Origin: Shigella phage ShigP1
Reading direction: 5' to 3' (one strand)
Sequence record: PQ818763
Length of the DNA stretch: 64,000 nucleotides
The notes beneath the pieces were generated by a model. That model was not told the origin of the DNA. It saw only the letters and a program-made list of their open reading frames with translations, and made no database searches. Position numbers and translations under genes: made by a program. Shown here one piece after another: positions 8,235-17,929 of the stretch (position 1 is its first letter; every line of letters begins with the position of its first letter).

Positions 8235-8624
8235 TTATTCCCTAGAGCTATTATCGAACACTAAATCACCACAATACATAGGATTGGCATACCATTTTGG
8301 CACCCCTTCGCTCTTACTCTGAAAGTAAGTCCCACTGTACAGCGGAACATAATTCTTCTTAAGGGCACGTTTAGCAAGTCGCTCGCTTTCTCCAATGGCT
8401 TGCTTAGTCATCGGATTTTTATCACGAATCAGCTTTACATAACGTTTATAAGGTTTCTCCTGTTTTAATAGTACCGGAATCCACTCAAACTGGTTCTTTT
8501 GTCTTATCACCTGTTCAGCGGTCAGTTTTCGTTGGGCCATTCTATTTATCACGGTATCCGCAACTAAAGCCTTACATGCGGTTGGCTGATTCCCTGCCTC
8601 ATAATAAATAGTCAATGTCAACAT
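8235..8624 (-). CDS. cell-wall hydrolase, SleB/CwlJ (Hydrolase_2) family
   Basis: Motifs YYEAGNQPTACKALVADTVINR and QFEWIP resemble the SleB/CwlJ catalytic core. Confidence 0.55.
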   Translation of the reverse strand: MLTLTIYYEAGNQPTACKALVADTVINRMAQRKLTAEQVIRQKNQFEWIPVLLKQEKPYKRYVKLIRDKNPMTKQAIGESERLAKRALKKNYVPLYSGTYFQSKSEGVPKWYANPMYCGDLVFDNSSRE

Positions 8625-8699
8625 TAGCTGTGCCGTTGTTATCAGAACTTGCTACCTCCTGTTTTGTTGTTTCAATAAACACCCTCGAAAAGATGCTTA

Positions 8700-8727
8700 T
8701 AGAAACACCCCTCCCTTTCGGGAGAGG
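8700..8727 (-). terminator. putative terminator (minus strand)
   Basis: Hairpin CCTCTCCC-GAAA-GGGAGGGG followed by TGTTTCT on the minus strand, after the stop at 8735. Confidence 0.45.
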
Positions 8728-8734
8728 CACTATC

Positions 8735-9636
8735 TTACCACTCGTAACTTACACCAGCGCCCAGAACAGCGTCACTCTCTGAAGTCATTGCCACTGATGC
8801 TTTAGTTACTACGTTTTCATTGAAACGAGCACTAACACCAATAGCAAGAGCAGATTCACCATCGTAAGCACCTACCCCAGCACCAACAGAGAAAGCAGAT
8901 CCTTGACTTACTTGCGGGATGTTAGCCATTGCAGCCACGCCAGAAATACCAGCAGAGGCATGATCACGGTTACGGTCTACTTGTTTTTGCAAAGAAGCAA
9001 AACGTTTGTTGGTGGATTGTTCCAGAGCTTTGATAGATTTGGCGTTAGCATTAACGGCAGACATATCTGCATCTTTACCATTTTTGCCATTTAATCCGTC
9101 AACGCCATTCAAACCTGCTGCACCAGTTAGGCCAGTTTCGCCTTTCTTACCATCTGCACCAGAATCACCTTTTTCACCTTGAGCGCCATCTTTACCATCA
9201 ATGCCATCTTTACCATTGATGCCATCTTTACCATCAATGCCATCTTTACCATCAATGCCATCTTNNNNNNNNNNNNNNNNNNNNNNNNNNNNNNNNNNNN
9301 NNNNNNNNNNNNNNNNNNNNNNNNNNNNNNNNNNNNNNNNNNNNNNNNNNNNNNNNNNNCAATGCCATCTTTACCATCAATGCCATCTTTACCATCAATG
9401 CCATTAGTACCATTGATGCCAGCCGATCCAGTATCACCTTTTAAGCCCTGCTCTCCGCGATCACCCTTGTCACCTTTCGGACCTTGTTCGCCTTGAATAC
9501 CCTGTTCTCCTTTATCACCTTTCGGCCCCTGCTGGACTTCACACTGTTTAGAGTGTGAGCATTTGTCAGAATGAGCAAAGGATGGGGCACTAATGGCAGA
9601 TAAAACTAGAATAGCTGACAATGCAAATGCTTTCAT
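8735..9636 (-). CDS. secreted collagen-like protein with YadA-type C-terminal anchor (trimeric-autotransporter-like); interrupted by assembly gap
   Basis: Signal peptide MKAFALSAILVLSAISAPSFA; G-X-Y triplets on both sides of the N-run; (IDGKDG)n encoded by an 18-bp tandem repeat; C-terminus GISGVAAMANIPQ...VGAGVGAYDGESALAIGVSARF...LGAGVSYEW matches the YadA anchor pattern; track ORFs 9127-9708 and 8735-9112 are the two halves put out of frame by the gap. Confidence 0.6.
9185..9410 (-). repeat. 18-bp tandem repeat (CATTGATGGTAAAGATGG on the coding strand) with N-run 9265-9359 inside
   Basis: At least 4 copies left of the gap and about 3 right of it; the gap is flanked by identical repeat units. 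Confidence 0.85.
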
Positions 9637-9661
9637 TTCATGGTTTCCTATATAATAGATA

Positions 9662-9717
9662 CAAAAAAGCCTCCAATTAAGGAGGCGGTAACGCAAAAAG
9701 CCGCCCAAAGGCGGCTA
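9662..9717 (-). terminator. tandem rho-independent terminators (minus strand)
   Basis: Hairpins AGCCGCC-TTTG-GGCGGCT and GCCTCC-TTAATT-GGAGGC, each followed by a T-run on the minus strand. Confidence 0.6.
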
Positions 9718-9761
9718 TGCGGAAGCTTCAAATGGGGAGAGGGCACGACGCTACAGAAAGA

Positions 9762-9779
9762 GCGTCATAGTACTAAAAG
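9762..9779 (-). promoter_or_regulatory. conserved 18-nt intergenic motif GCGTCATAGTACTAAAAG, copy 2
   Basis: Identical to 1944-1961; same position relative to flanking genes and hairpins. Confidence 0.4.
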
Positions 9780-9796
9780 AGGGGGCTATATTCCTA

Positions 9797-10240
9797 CTAC
9801 TTAACCCTTGCCTCTTTGATGGGGTCAATGTATTTCTCAACGCCCCACTTGTGTTTACTATCTGCGTAGAAAACATCAGGTGCACACTGGCTTGTCTTAG
9901 GGAATGCCTGAGGGTCTTTCGTGCTACCCTTAAACTTCTGTTTACCACGGGTGCGACCATTACAGAAGATTTCTAACTTCTTCTCTTCTTCTGTTTTAGC
10001 GCCCCCGCTCTGTAACAAAGAACGTTTATGATCAGCTAACAACAACGCATCAGCACGATGGACACGATGGCCTACACGTTTTGCCACACTGGAAGGAACA
10101 TGGGATTCAGCCTCAGCCTTTGCAGCACGGCGTTTTAAACTACGCTTACTAACGTGATTAGTTGCCTTCGGTTTCTCTTTCTCTAGTTCAGAGATAGCAA
10201 AACAACGCCCGCCCTTCATGCTGATTTTAGATTTAGCCAC
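9797..10240 (-). CDS. hypothetical basic protein (147 aa)
   Basis: ORF track; Lys/Arg-rich. Confidence 0.45.
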   Translation of the reverse strand: MAKSKISMKGGRCFAISELEKEKPKATNHVSKRSLKRRAAKAEAESHVPSSVAKRVGHRVHRADALLLADHKRSLLQSGGAKTEEEKKLEIFCNGRTRGKQKFKGSTKDPQAFPKTSQCAPDVFYADSKHKWGVEKYIDPIKEARVK

Positions 10241-10309
10241 AATCTTATTCCTTCCAGTGATAAGTTATATCGGGCAAGCCCATCAAGTCGATAGGCTTGA
10301 ACAAATAAC

Positions 10310-10519
10310 TTAATCAAGTAAACTAAACGATTTCCAACTACGTAGAAGGATTGTACCGTCATCCATAGTTACACATAATTTTAGTAGTTTCTTATTGGCA
10401 CTACTCACCGTTGTAATTCGTCCGGTTGTACATTTACCTTTATTGCTATAAAGATACACTACACGACGGCCTAACAGACGAGAGGGAGCTTTCTTAAACT
10501 CTGAAATGTTAGTGATCAT
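10310..10519 (-). CDS. hypothetical protein (69 aa)
   Basis: ORF track only. Confidence 0.4.
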   Translation of the reverse strand: MITNISEFKKAPSRLLGRRVVYLYSNKGKCTTGRITTVSSANKKLLKLCVTMDDGTILLRSWKSFSLLD

Positions 10520-10740
10520 GATGCTTGATACCTTTGAATGTGTTCAATACGGGTTGATTGAGCAAATGACGCTTTAACAGCCATTTTCCTAACTTCTTCT
10601 TTACGCTGGTTAGTGTGTACAGTATCCCAATGTTTGTTATCACGTTGGCGCTGTAATATCTTACTACATTTGCGATGGTTTCCCGTGCTGCGATGTTTCT
10701 CACAAATAGGACACTTGCCAAAATTACTACTGAATATCAT
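10516..10740 (-). CDS. small zinc-finger-like protein
   Basis: CPICEKH...HRKC motif; start and stop overlap neighbours. Confidence 0.4.
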   Translation of the reverse strand: MIFSSNFGKCPICEKHRSTGNHRKCSKILQRQRDNKHWDTVHTNQRKEEVRKMAVKASFAQSTRIEHIQRYQAS

Positions 10741-10964
10741 TTTCTCAATCCCAGCTTTCTTAAGATACGGCCTAACGTTGTTTCTTGCGTGATAATATAA
10801 CTGATCGCTTCACGTTCCAGCGTTTCAATCTTCATTGGTGACGGATACCATTCACCGGTAATAACACATTTACATTCAACGCCATACTTTTTAGATAGGC
10901 GGTAATGTTGACCGTTGACAAGATTCCTATAAATCGTGGTATGCGTAATTAACATGATCATCAC
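10737..10964 (-). CDS. hypothetical protein (75 aa)
   Basis: ORF track only. Confidence 0.4.
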   Translation of the reverse strand: MMIMLITHTTIYRNLVNGQHYRLSKKYGVECKCVITGEWYPSPMKIETLEREAISYIITQETTLGRILRKLGLRK

Positions 10965-11007
10965 CTTTGATTAAATTCTTTGATTAATGCACTGAATCAA
11001 TGCACTG

Positions 11008-11044
11008 ATAAAAGAAAAGGCGCTACCCGTTAAGATAGCGCCTT
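11008..11044 (-). terminator. rho-independent terminator (minus strand)
   Basis: 9-bp stem AAGGCGCTA/TAGCGCCTT followed by TTCTTTTAT on the minus strand, after the stop of 11067-11975. Confidence 0.5.
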
Positions 11045-11066
11045 ATGTTTATTCAAATTGTCTTAC

Positions 11067-11975
11067 TTATGCCGCCTGACGTGCCGCCATAATTTCAGCC
11101 GCTTTACGCAATACTTCTTCCTCTTCTGCTTTCGCCGCTTGTTCGGTACGGGTAGCAACCGTTGAAGAGATACGACCGCGCAGACTTTCTAACTTCTCCT
11201 GCATAGCTGCAACAGTCTTTTCCATTTCATCAGCGTATGAATCGAGTGATTCTAATTCCTTGCTTGATGCGTTCATCAGATAATCATCCGAGATCGCTAC
11301 CGTCGAGGCCGTGATTTTCTTGATGAGTGAATCAAAGGACTTTTTAACCTTCCCAACTTCTTCACTCAGGGCGATAGTGTTATCGCTGGTTGCGCCGTTG
11401 CGCTCATCAGCCAGTAATTTGGCTTCAATACGGATTGCATTCAAGCGTTCAACCAAAGCGTAAATATCCTGATTAAAATCTTCCTTGTTTTTCGCCGGAA
11501 TTTGCAGGTGTGCCGCCACGTTGTCATTGCAACCTTTGTAGAAGTTAGGATTATCCACTTCAATTGCACGACCTAATGCAAAGTTTTCGAAAGCGTTTGA
11601 CCAGCGGGCACGGTTTTGCTCCATTTTGGCTTTAATTTGCGCTTCTTTCGCATCTTCTTTAGCTTTCGCTTCACCTTCCAGATTAATCCACTTCTTACGA
11701 CCATTTGACGCATCAGTGTTAAACTTGATAGGAGTTAAGAAAGTGATCGCGGTGGCAATAACATCCATATCGCGGAAACGTTCGGTTAACAGGAAGTCAA
11801 CCGCCGCCTGCAATACATCTAACTTCTTACCGTTGCTACGAAAGTGCTGCAAATGACCTAACAGGAAGTTAGAAACATCTTGTTTGATCGCTGCATTATT
11901 GCTACGGATATTGTTAGCCAGAGCATTAAAACCAGATTCGTTAACCAGAGTAAAGATTTTAGCCATAATATTCAC
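11067..11975 (-). CDS. hypothetical protein (302 aa), coiled-coil rich C-terminal half
   Basis: ORF track; no recognised motif. Confidence 0.5.
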   Translation of the reverse strand: MNIMAKIFTLVNESGFNALANNIRSNNAAIKQDVSNFLLGHLQHFRSNGKKLDVLQAAVDFLLTERFRDMDVIATAITFLTPIKFNTDASNGRKKWINLEGEAKAKEDAKEAQIKAKMEQNRARWSNAFENFALGRAIEVDNPNFYKGCNDNVAAHLQIPAKNKEDFNQDIYALVERLNAIRIEAKLLADERNGATSDNTIALSEEVGKVKKSFDSLIKKITASTVAISDDYLMNASSKELESLDSYADEMEKTVAAMQEKLESLRGRISSTVATRTEQAAKAEEEEVLRKAAEIMAARQAA

Positions 11976-12786
11976 CTTTCAATTGTAAGGGCGCTATTGC
12001 CCCGCTCTCTATGAGCAATTCAAGTCACTATTGACTTAACTATAACCACTCATTGTAAGTAGTTATAGGTAAGCGGGGCGGTCTTATCAGGAGTTAACCT
12101 TGCCGCCCCCTTATCCGTGATGTTTCATCTGGTATCTTTAATTAGTCGCTATAAACGAAGCCGACCTGATAGCGATGATCAATCATCACAATAAGGCAGT
12201 GCGTCCGACTCTAATTAGTTACGTTATTGTAACCGTCGGCAATATCGTTTACTTTGCTTTCGCTCTCGCCTATCCTTTTATATCAACTCTCAATCGCTAG
12301 TCATCGCCCACTACGGGATACTATTGCGAAAGAGTCATTGACCGTCTAATGTTCCGACGTTTTATATCTTTCGGCAAGTTTACTACATAAACCGACTATG
12401 TACTTTCATCATAAGATGAATCTCAAGCCGTTCACATCGTAAACGTTCACACTAAACCTTATTGTTAAATAGCAATTTGCCACTTTTTAACCATTCACCG
12501 CCGCTCTCAATTGAGCGTTAATTCGTCGGGATTGCCTACCCTGATTAACTTCTTTCACCGTAGCACCATGTTAGCGATGACCGCCGCTACCCTTAACCGT
12601 GGGCGATTAGCTTAAGTCTTTGCGTGTACTCAATGAATCCGTTTATCAATGGTGACGTTTCCAGTAAGGGAATGTAAAACTGTTTACCCTGATAATTTAG
12701 GGAGTTTTACGCCGTTTTATCTGGTATGCTTTCCGATGGTTATTATCATCAAGCATATTCAACCGATATAGGAGAATGTTTAAATT

Positions 12787-13729
12787 ATTAAAGAGCGGTA
12801 AATCTATCAGTGTGCTTTCTCACACTATGCAACTGTTAGCCGTTGTTACGCTTTTCACTGAAGCGATGATTTGCTTAGTGAGTGCTCATTATGAATCATG
12901 TTGTTTTCGCTGTCAACCGCTTTTTAATCTTTTTCGTCGTTCCCGCTATTGGGAGGATATATCAATCAGCTTTATTTGATTGAAGATTAAGCGGTGAGGC
13001 TTAACTTATGACTCATGTTGTTAAAGAGCGTTTAGCCTTTTAAAGTGTCTGCTAATCACTGTCACATTGAAGGCTTACTGATTCATTAACAGGCCGCCTA
13101 CACCTGAACTAATCGCTGCACTATGTGCCACCTTTCCCGCGATACGTTGATTTGGGAACTAGTTAGCGATGTTTTGCTAACTTGTGGTTAGTATGGACTA
13201 CTTTAACCACGTTTGCAACTCTTTTTATCATCTTCTTTTAATTCCTTTCCCTTATCTCGCGTGAATCTATGCGAAAGGGCAAGATGATAAGTCTGATTTG
13301 TCTTTCAGGGAATCTAGTGCGCTTTCAAGCATTAATCTTTTGAAAGTATCGAACAAATAAGGCTTATTGATATTGCTTATTGTCCGCCTGCGTCACGTAT
13401 GAATCAGGAATCAATTCTACCGATTAACTGAGCGCCTTATAGTAATGACGTCGCCGCCACCCGTAAGACAAATCATATTTTTAAAGAGCGGGATTTTTTA
13501 AGTCATCGCTGACTATGCTCACTATATATCAGGCTGTTTTCGGTGTCAATACTCTTTTTAAGAATATTTTCACTTTCTAGCCTGATTTTTAAAGAGCGGG
13601 GCAAGTTTCCTTGCCTTGTATGTTTTACATCGTACCCGATGAAATGAAGTATACATTAATCAGTGAGGGATGCAATAGGGTAAAACAAAATATTTTAAAC
13701 TTTTTCACTATAGGAAGGTAAAAGAGCGG
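12787..13729 (+). repeat. five dispersed copies of the motif TTTAAAGAGCGG in an ORF-poor region
   Basis: Copies at 12787-12798, 13020-13031, 13480-13491, 13588-13599, 13718-13729, all in the same orientation; copy 4 is followed by a GGCAAG-TTTC-CTTGCC hairpin. Confidence 0.6.
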
Positions 13730-13935
13730 GCGAACGTGATACATCATAGGAAAAGGCTTGTAAAGCGATAACAAGCGGCCTATAACGCATCACAATGAGC
13801 TAAAAGGGAGTAAGGTATACAATCACCTTAGAAAAGAAAAAAGCCTCATAGCGAGGCTTATAGGAAGGATTTAAAGCATCAGATAGATTATGACCATAGG
13901 CATGACTACGGCACAATACAGGAGAAAGATTAAGC

Positions 13936-14301
13936 CTATGGATTTACACATTGACCATTACCGGACTCAATTTCATTCATGGACTCATCAAAGAGCGTCA
14001 ACGATGAGCGCATCAAGTGATCTATCGTGATTTGTTTACCGGTAGTTTCATTTACCAGCAGAATAGCTTTGTTATCTGATTGCACATGATCAAAATCATT
14101 TACATGCAAAATAATAACTTTAGGTGACTGTTTACCAGTTTCGTAATTCTCTACGAGATAGGTACACTGTAAACCGTCAACCGTATCAGGGGAGAATGTT
14201 GCAGCCTTAACGCTACCCATAGATGACAGCAGGACACCTAACAGGAGAACAACCAGAAAGAAGCCTACAAATACTTTCACTACAAACTTGATAACACCCA
14301 T
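13936..14301 (-). CDS. putative secreted or membrane protein (121 aa)
   Basis: N-terminal hydrophobic segment FVGFFLVVLLLGVLLS. Confidence 0.5.
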   Translation of the reverse strand: MGVIKFVVKVFVGFFLVVLLLGVLLSSMGSVKAATFSPDTVDGLQCTYLVENYETGKQSPKVIILHVNDFDHVQSDNKAILLVNETTGKQITIDHLMRSSLTLFDESMNEIESGNGQCVNP

Positions 14302-14396
14302 GATAATAAACCTTTAGTTAGAGAATGTAAGAATACAGCATATCAGCAATGAACAGCAGGAAGGTCGCACCAAACAAGCAACGCCAAAAATAATCA

Positions 14397-14672
14397 CTAT
14401 TCATCGTTGCTATTCTCGCCAAAAAATGCTACGCTAATCTGTTCCACTTCTTCCAGCGACAGGAGAATCCCGCGTTGGGCTAAATACTTCCCAACAGTTA
14501 GATAATCTTGCACTAAACAGACAATAGGAAAGCGTATGTTTTGTATCTCACCTTTAGAAAGAAAAGACAAATAACCAGCGTCGACTGATTCATCAAAGGA
14601 CAATGTAACGCCACCGTAATTATGCGTATCAATTAACGCAATAGTTTCATTTCCCATTGGTATCATCCCCAA
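14397..14672 (-). CDS. hypothetical protein (91 aa)
   Basis: ORF track only. Confidence 0.4.
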   Translation of the reverse strand: MGMIPMGNETIALIDTHNYGGVTLSFDESVDAGYLSFLSKGEIQNIRFPIVCLVQDYLTVGKYLAQRGILLSLEEVEQISVAFFGENSNDE

Positions 14673-14913
14673 TCAGACCATGATTAAGCAGGTTAGCCAG
14701 CGACAAATCACCGTCAATATAGATTGATCTGAAATCATCGCGGGTAATTTCGAAATCAGCAAAGGCTAGCCAATCTTTAAGAGGCTGATATTCCATCCTG
14801 CAAAAAGTGATAACAGGCAAGATTATCTGACCATCAAGTGTATTAAACTCGATAGATTGCCCACCAACAAAACAAGAAAAGCCGTTTGATAACTTAACTT
14901 CTTTGATAGCCAT
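14647..14913 (-). CDS. hypothetical protein (88 aa)
   Basis: ORF track only. Confidence 0.4.
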   Translation of the reverse strand: MAIKEVKLSNGFSCFVGGQSIEFNTLDGQIILPVITFCRMEYQPLKDWLAFADFEITRDDFRSIYIDGDLSLANLLNHGLIGDDTNGK

Positions 14914-14938
14914 TTTTACACTCCTGAAAATAGGTTAT

Positions 14939-15811
14939 TTACTTACTAGCCTTAATACAGTTGGCTAAACTAACGTGAACGGTATAAACAGCGTTATTAG
15001 CGTTATTGTAAACAGTGGTAGCAATCATCGACTCATTGATCGGGCCATAACTCACTAGATTGGTTACAGCTTTAACGTCTTCGTAACGTTGTACAGTGCC
15101 AAATGTAACCATATCCGAGTCACTATCGGTGCGCTTGAGAACTAGATCATTGTTAGGCTGATTGTCTAGTGTCTTAGACTGAAAGAGAACGCCATCATTA
15201 GTTACGTTGCTAAACTTCATTTTTAATACAATAGTACTTCCATCACTATCCGCACCGTTGCAAATCATCCAACCCTTATTGATGGAACTAGAGAAGACAC
15301 TAGCGGCATCAGTTGCAGGAGTAGAACTAGCGATAGCTTTATCAGAAAGAGATGTGACCAGTGCACTAACACCGATCGCTGCAACCAGTGCATAACTTGC
15401 CAGATTAACAGACTTCATAATCTTACTTGCAACAGTAGGCTTGATTGGCTGTTTCTTGTTTTTCTTATTCCATGCTTCAACCATGACAGACAAGCGGGAT
15501 AATTCAGCTTTCACATCGCGGCATGACTCAGGCCAATCCTTCTGATTCCAGCTATCTAAATTTGCTTGAATGTAGCAATTAATAGCGTCCTGCATATTGG
15601 TAAAACCGTTCTCTTTGAACGTGCTTTCATCTTCACACTGTAAAGCGTTCGCAGTAGAGTTAATGATCAAGCAAGCCAGCATTACAGAGTTTTTGAATCC
15701 TTTACGTGCACTTTCGTTTTCCATCCACGCATCAGGACTACCAACGGTTAAGCCTAAAGAGGAAAGGCTTTCGTTTGCTTTGTTCAAGTGGTTAATCGCT
15801 ACTTTAGACAT
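14939..15811 (-). CDS. hypothetical protein (290 aa), first gene of the leftward block
   Basis: ORF track; internal hydrophobic helix ASYALVAAIGVSALVTSL. Confidence 0.5.
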   Translation of the reverse strand: MSKVAINHLNKANESLSSLGLTVGSPDAWMENESARKGFKNSVMLACLIINSTANALQCEDESTFKENGFTNMQDAINCYIQANLDSWNQKDWPESCRDVKAELSRLSVMVEAWNKKNKKQPIKPTVASKIMKSVNLASYALVAAIGVSALVTSLSDKAIASSTPATDAASVFSSSINKGWMICNGADSDGSTIVLKMKFSNVTNDGVLFQSKTLDNQPNNDLVLKRTDSDSDMVTFGTVQRYEDVKAVTNLVSYGPINESMIATTVYNNANNAVYTVHVSLANCIKASK

Positions 15812-16404
15812 TTGATATTCCTTATGGTTGATGAAAACTACAAACTACAATCGCAACTATATAATAAAGGAAAAGGCTGTCAACCATTTATTTTCTAACT
15901 TTCCTATAACTCACTGAAAACTAAAGGGATTTAATTTACTAAACTTTCCATACTCAGAGAATCAGCTTACTTCTTATTGTTACTTTATAACACTACGGGT
16001 AACAGACCAACAGATCAGGACAAACGGGGATACAACAACCGCAGAACAGACCACGGGGAAACATAGGCAGATAGTGCGGTAGTAATATACCACTTAAATA
16101 ATTGTATAACTCAAACATCAAAGACGTTCGCTACGCTCACAAAGGCACGCTGAAAAAAGAAAAGAATAAAAGCAATTATTAAAAGAATTACAATCATCCA
16201 CTTAATTAATACATATATCATTATTGCACTCATAATCATTACTATTGAAACTATTTACATTCAAACTATGGGGGATGTGGGCTATTACTTATGGGTATTA
16301 TTAGCCTCTTATGGTAGTGCCTGTACTAGTTTATACAGTGCTAGCCTTTCTCTCACTCTTTAAAGGGGAACTAAATAAACGGGTAGCTAATGAATAGGAT
16401 GGTA

Positions 16405-16456
16405 TACACGGGGGAATAATTACGGGGAGTAGGCACGGGGAAAGGTGGAACGTGGG
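16405..16456 (+). repeat. G-rich direct repeats (ACGGGG x3, ACGTGGG x1) in the divergent intergenic region
   Basis: Copies at 16408, 16422, 16435, 16450, spaced 13-15 nt. Confidence 0.6.
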
Positions 16457-16594
16457 AATGGGCTTAAAGGCATTGCCAATAACCCTTTTTTTAAATGAGG
16501 ACTCCCCCTTTTTAGGAAACGCGCGGCGAGCGGCTAGCCCCATTCGGTCAAATCAGAATTTTAAACTCTTATATATAAGGTTGAAAGAGAACTT

Positions 16595-16759
16595 ATGTGG
16601 AAAATTAAGTTAATCATTAAGCAATTCAAATGTGATCATGAGTACTATCGGATACGCAAAGCTTACGGGGATGAAAGAGTTCACACCCTTTATAAGTCCA
16701 CTTGGAGATGTAGTAAATGTGGAAAGCTTAAACACAGCACATGGATGGATAGGCCTTAA
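16595..16759 (+). CDS. small zinc-ribbon-like protein (54 aa), first rightward gene
   Basis: Hand-translated (below the track length cut-off): MWKIKLIIKQFKCDHEYY...WRCSKCGKLKH...; frame checked from ATG 16595 to TAA 16757-16759. Confidence 0.35.
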   Translation: MWKIKLIIKQFKCDHEYYRIRKAYGDERVHTLYKSTWRCSKCGKLKHSTWMDRP

Positions 16760-16800
16760 CGTGACATGGCCTTTATGTGATAGTGCCTTAATGTGAAGTA
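16753..16800 (+). repeat. three tandem 16-bp repeats GCCTT(T/A)A(T/C)GTGA
   Basis: Copies at 16753, 16769, 16785; degenerate copies near 16818, 16934, 16961. Confidence 0.55.
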
Positions 16801-16993
16801 GTCATCAAAGATGACGTCCCCTTTATGTCTTAACTTTATCAGAGGGATGTATGACAGAAGATGAATACGGTAGCTTCTCTGAAGAAGACTACGAAAATGA
16901 ATACAGGTATTCTCACGGGTGTTAATGTGAGGTGGCCTTTACGGGTATGTCTTATGATGTGCCCTTTATACTCTTATTCAGAGGAGAAGAATT

Positions 16994-17248
16994 ATGAATT
17001 TAGTATTAGACTTTTTATCAGAGATGGTGCCTCGGTTCAGAACGGAGACATACGCTTTCGTGGTCAACAGTGACTCTGAAGAAGGGATGGAAGCTACTTG
17101 CTTAGGCCGTCTTGTTGATTTAGATGATGAAACAGATTTCGATATTACAATTGATGTAAGTAGTTTTGGTTGGCTCTTCTTCAGAGCATTCCGCACTTAC
17201 AGAAAAGAAACATACAAAGATTACAGCAAGGGAGATACAAATGAATAA
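16994..17248 (+). CDS. hypothetical acidic protein (84 aa)
   Basis: ORF track; GGAGAAG ribosome-binding site. Confidence 0.45.
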   Translation: MNLVLDFLSEMVPRFRTETYAFVVNSDSEEGMEATCLGRLVDLDDETDFDITIDVSSFGWLFFRAFRTYRKETYKDYSKGDTNE

Positions 17249-17873
17249 TTTAATCCAAGCGATGGACCTTAACGATTACAATTCACAGCTATGTCGCTCT
17301 GGTTGTAGCTTACAGCATTTAGAAACTATGGGAAATGTTTCAGGATTGGCTGTACAAGATTTATATAGTGGAAGTATTCTTAAACCAACTATTACGGAGA
17401 AGAAAGATATGATGAGTTTAGTAGAACAATACCGTGGACTTCAAGTCGGTACTATTGGTGATAAATATGAGAACTACTACAAAGATCGCTCAAAAGTACT
17501 TGAAGAAGTTGCACGGGCTAAGCCTTCTACTCTGGAAGTAGTTGAATACGAATCTACTAAACATGATCACCTCCCTGACTATGCTCGTGCAATGATTGAG
17601 ATGATTGAAGAAGCTGAATACGAAATGCTCCATGATTATATTACCTCCAAAGATGAATGGCATCGTGATGTTAGAATCGAAGAGGATGGTACAGAAACAA
17701 TTACGTGGATTCACAAGAGTGAGCTAGTAGACGACGCACTGCGAGACTACGAAAAATTTTTGGTCGACGGCTCTATTCTTTTAGAGGAAGAGAAGGGTGC
17801 AGAACTTCCGTGGGAAGGTGAGACGATTGCTCTAGGTAAGATGTTTAACCTGTCCGTTGGTGATTGTAAGTAA
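17241..17873 (+). CDS. hypothetical protein (210 aa)
   Basis: Track ORF 17166-17873 trimmed to ATG 17241, preceded by AAGGGAG and overlapping the upstream stop. Confidence 0.5.
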   Translation: MNNLIQAMDLNDYNSQLCRSGCSLQHLETMGNVSGLAVQDLYSGSILKPTITEKKDMMSLVEQYRGLQVGTIGDKYENYYKDRSKVLEEVARAKPSTLEVVEYESTKHDHLPDYARAMIEMIEEAEYEMLHDYITSKDEWHRDVRIEEDGTETITWIHKSELVDDALRDYEKFLVDGSILLEEEKGAELPWEGETIALGKMFNLSVGDCK

Positions 17874-17878
17874 TATTT

Positions 17879-17902
17879 GCCTCCATTGGGAGGCTTTTTG
17901 TG
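17879..17902 (+). terminator. rho-independent terminator
   Basis: GCCTCC-ATTG-GGAGGC followed by TTTTTGTG. Confidence 0.6.
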
Positions 17903-17929
17903 TTGTTGATAATGTAGAAGGAGTATAAA

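Noticed and set aside
9185-9410. Possible CRISPR array suggested by regular short repeats
   Set aside because: The repeats are contiguous 18-bp units with no spacers; they lie inside an open reading frame and encode IDGKDG collagen-like repeats.
12776-12979. 67-aa plus-strand ORF inside the long non-coding region
   Set aside because: No ribosome-binding site, odd Cys/Phe-rich composition, and it is isolated on the opposite strand from all neighbouring genes; most likely spurious.
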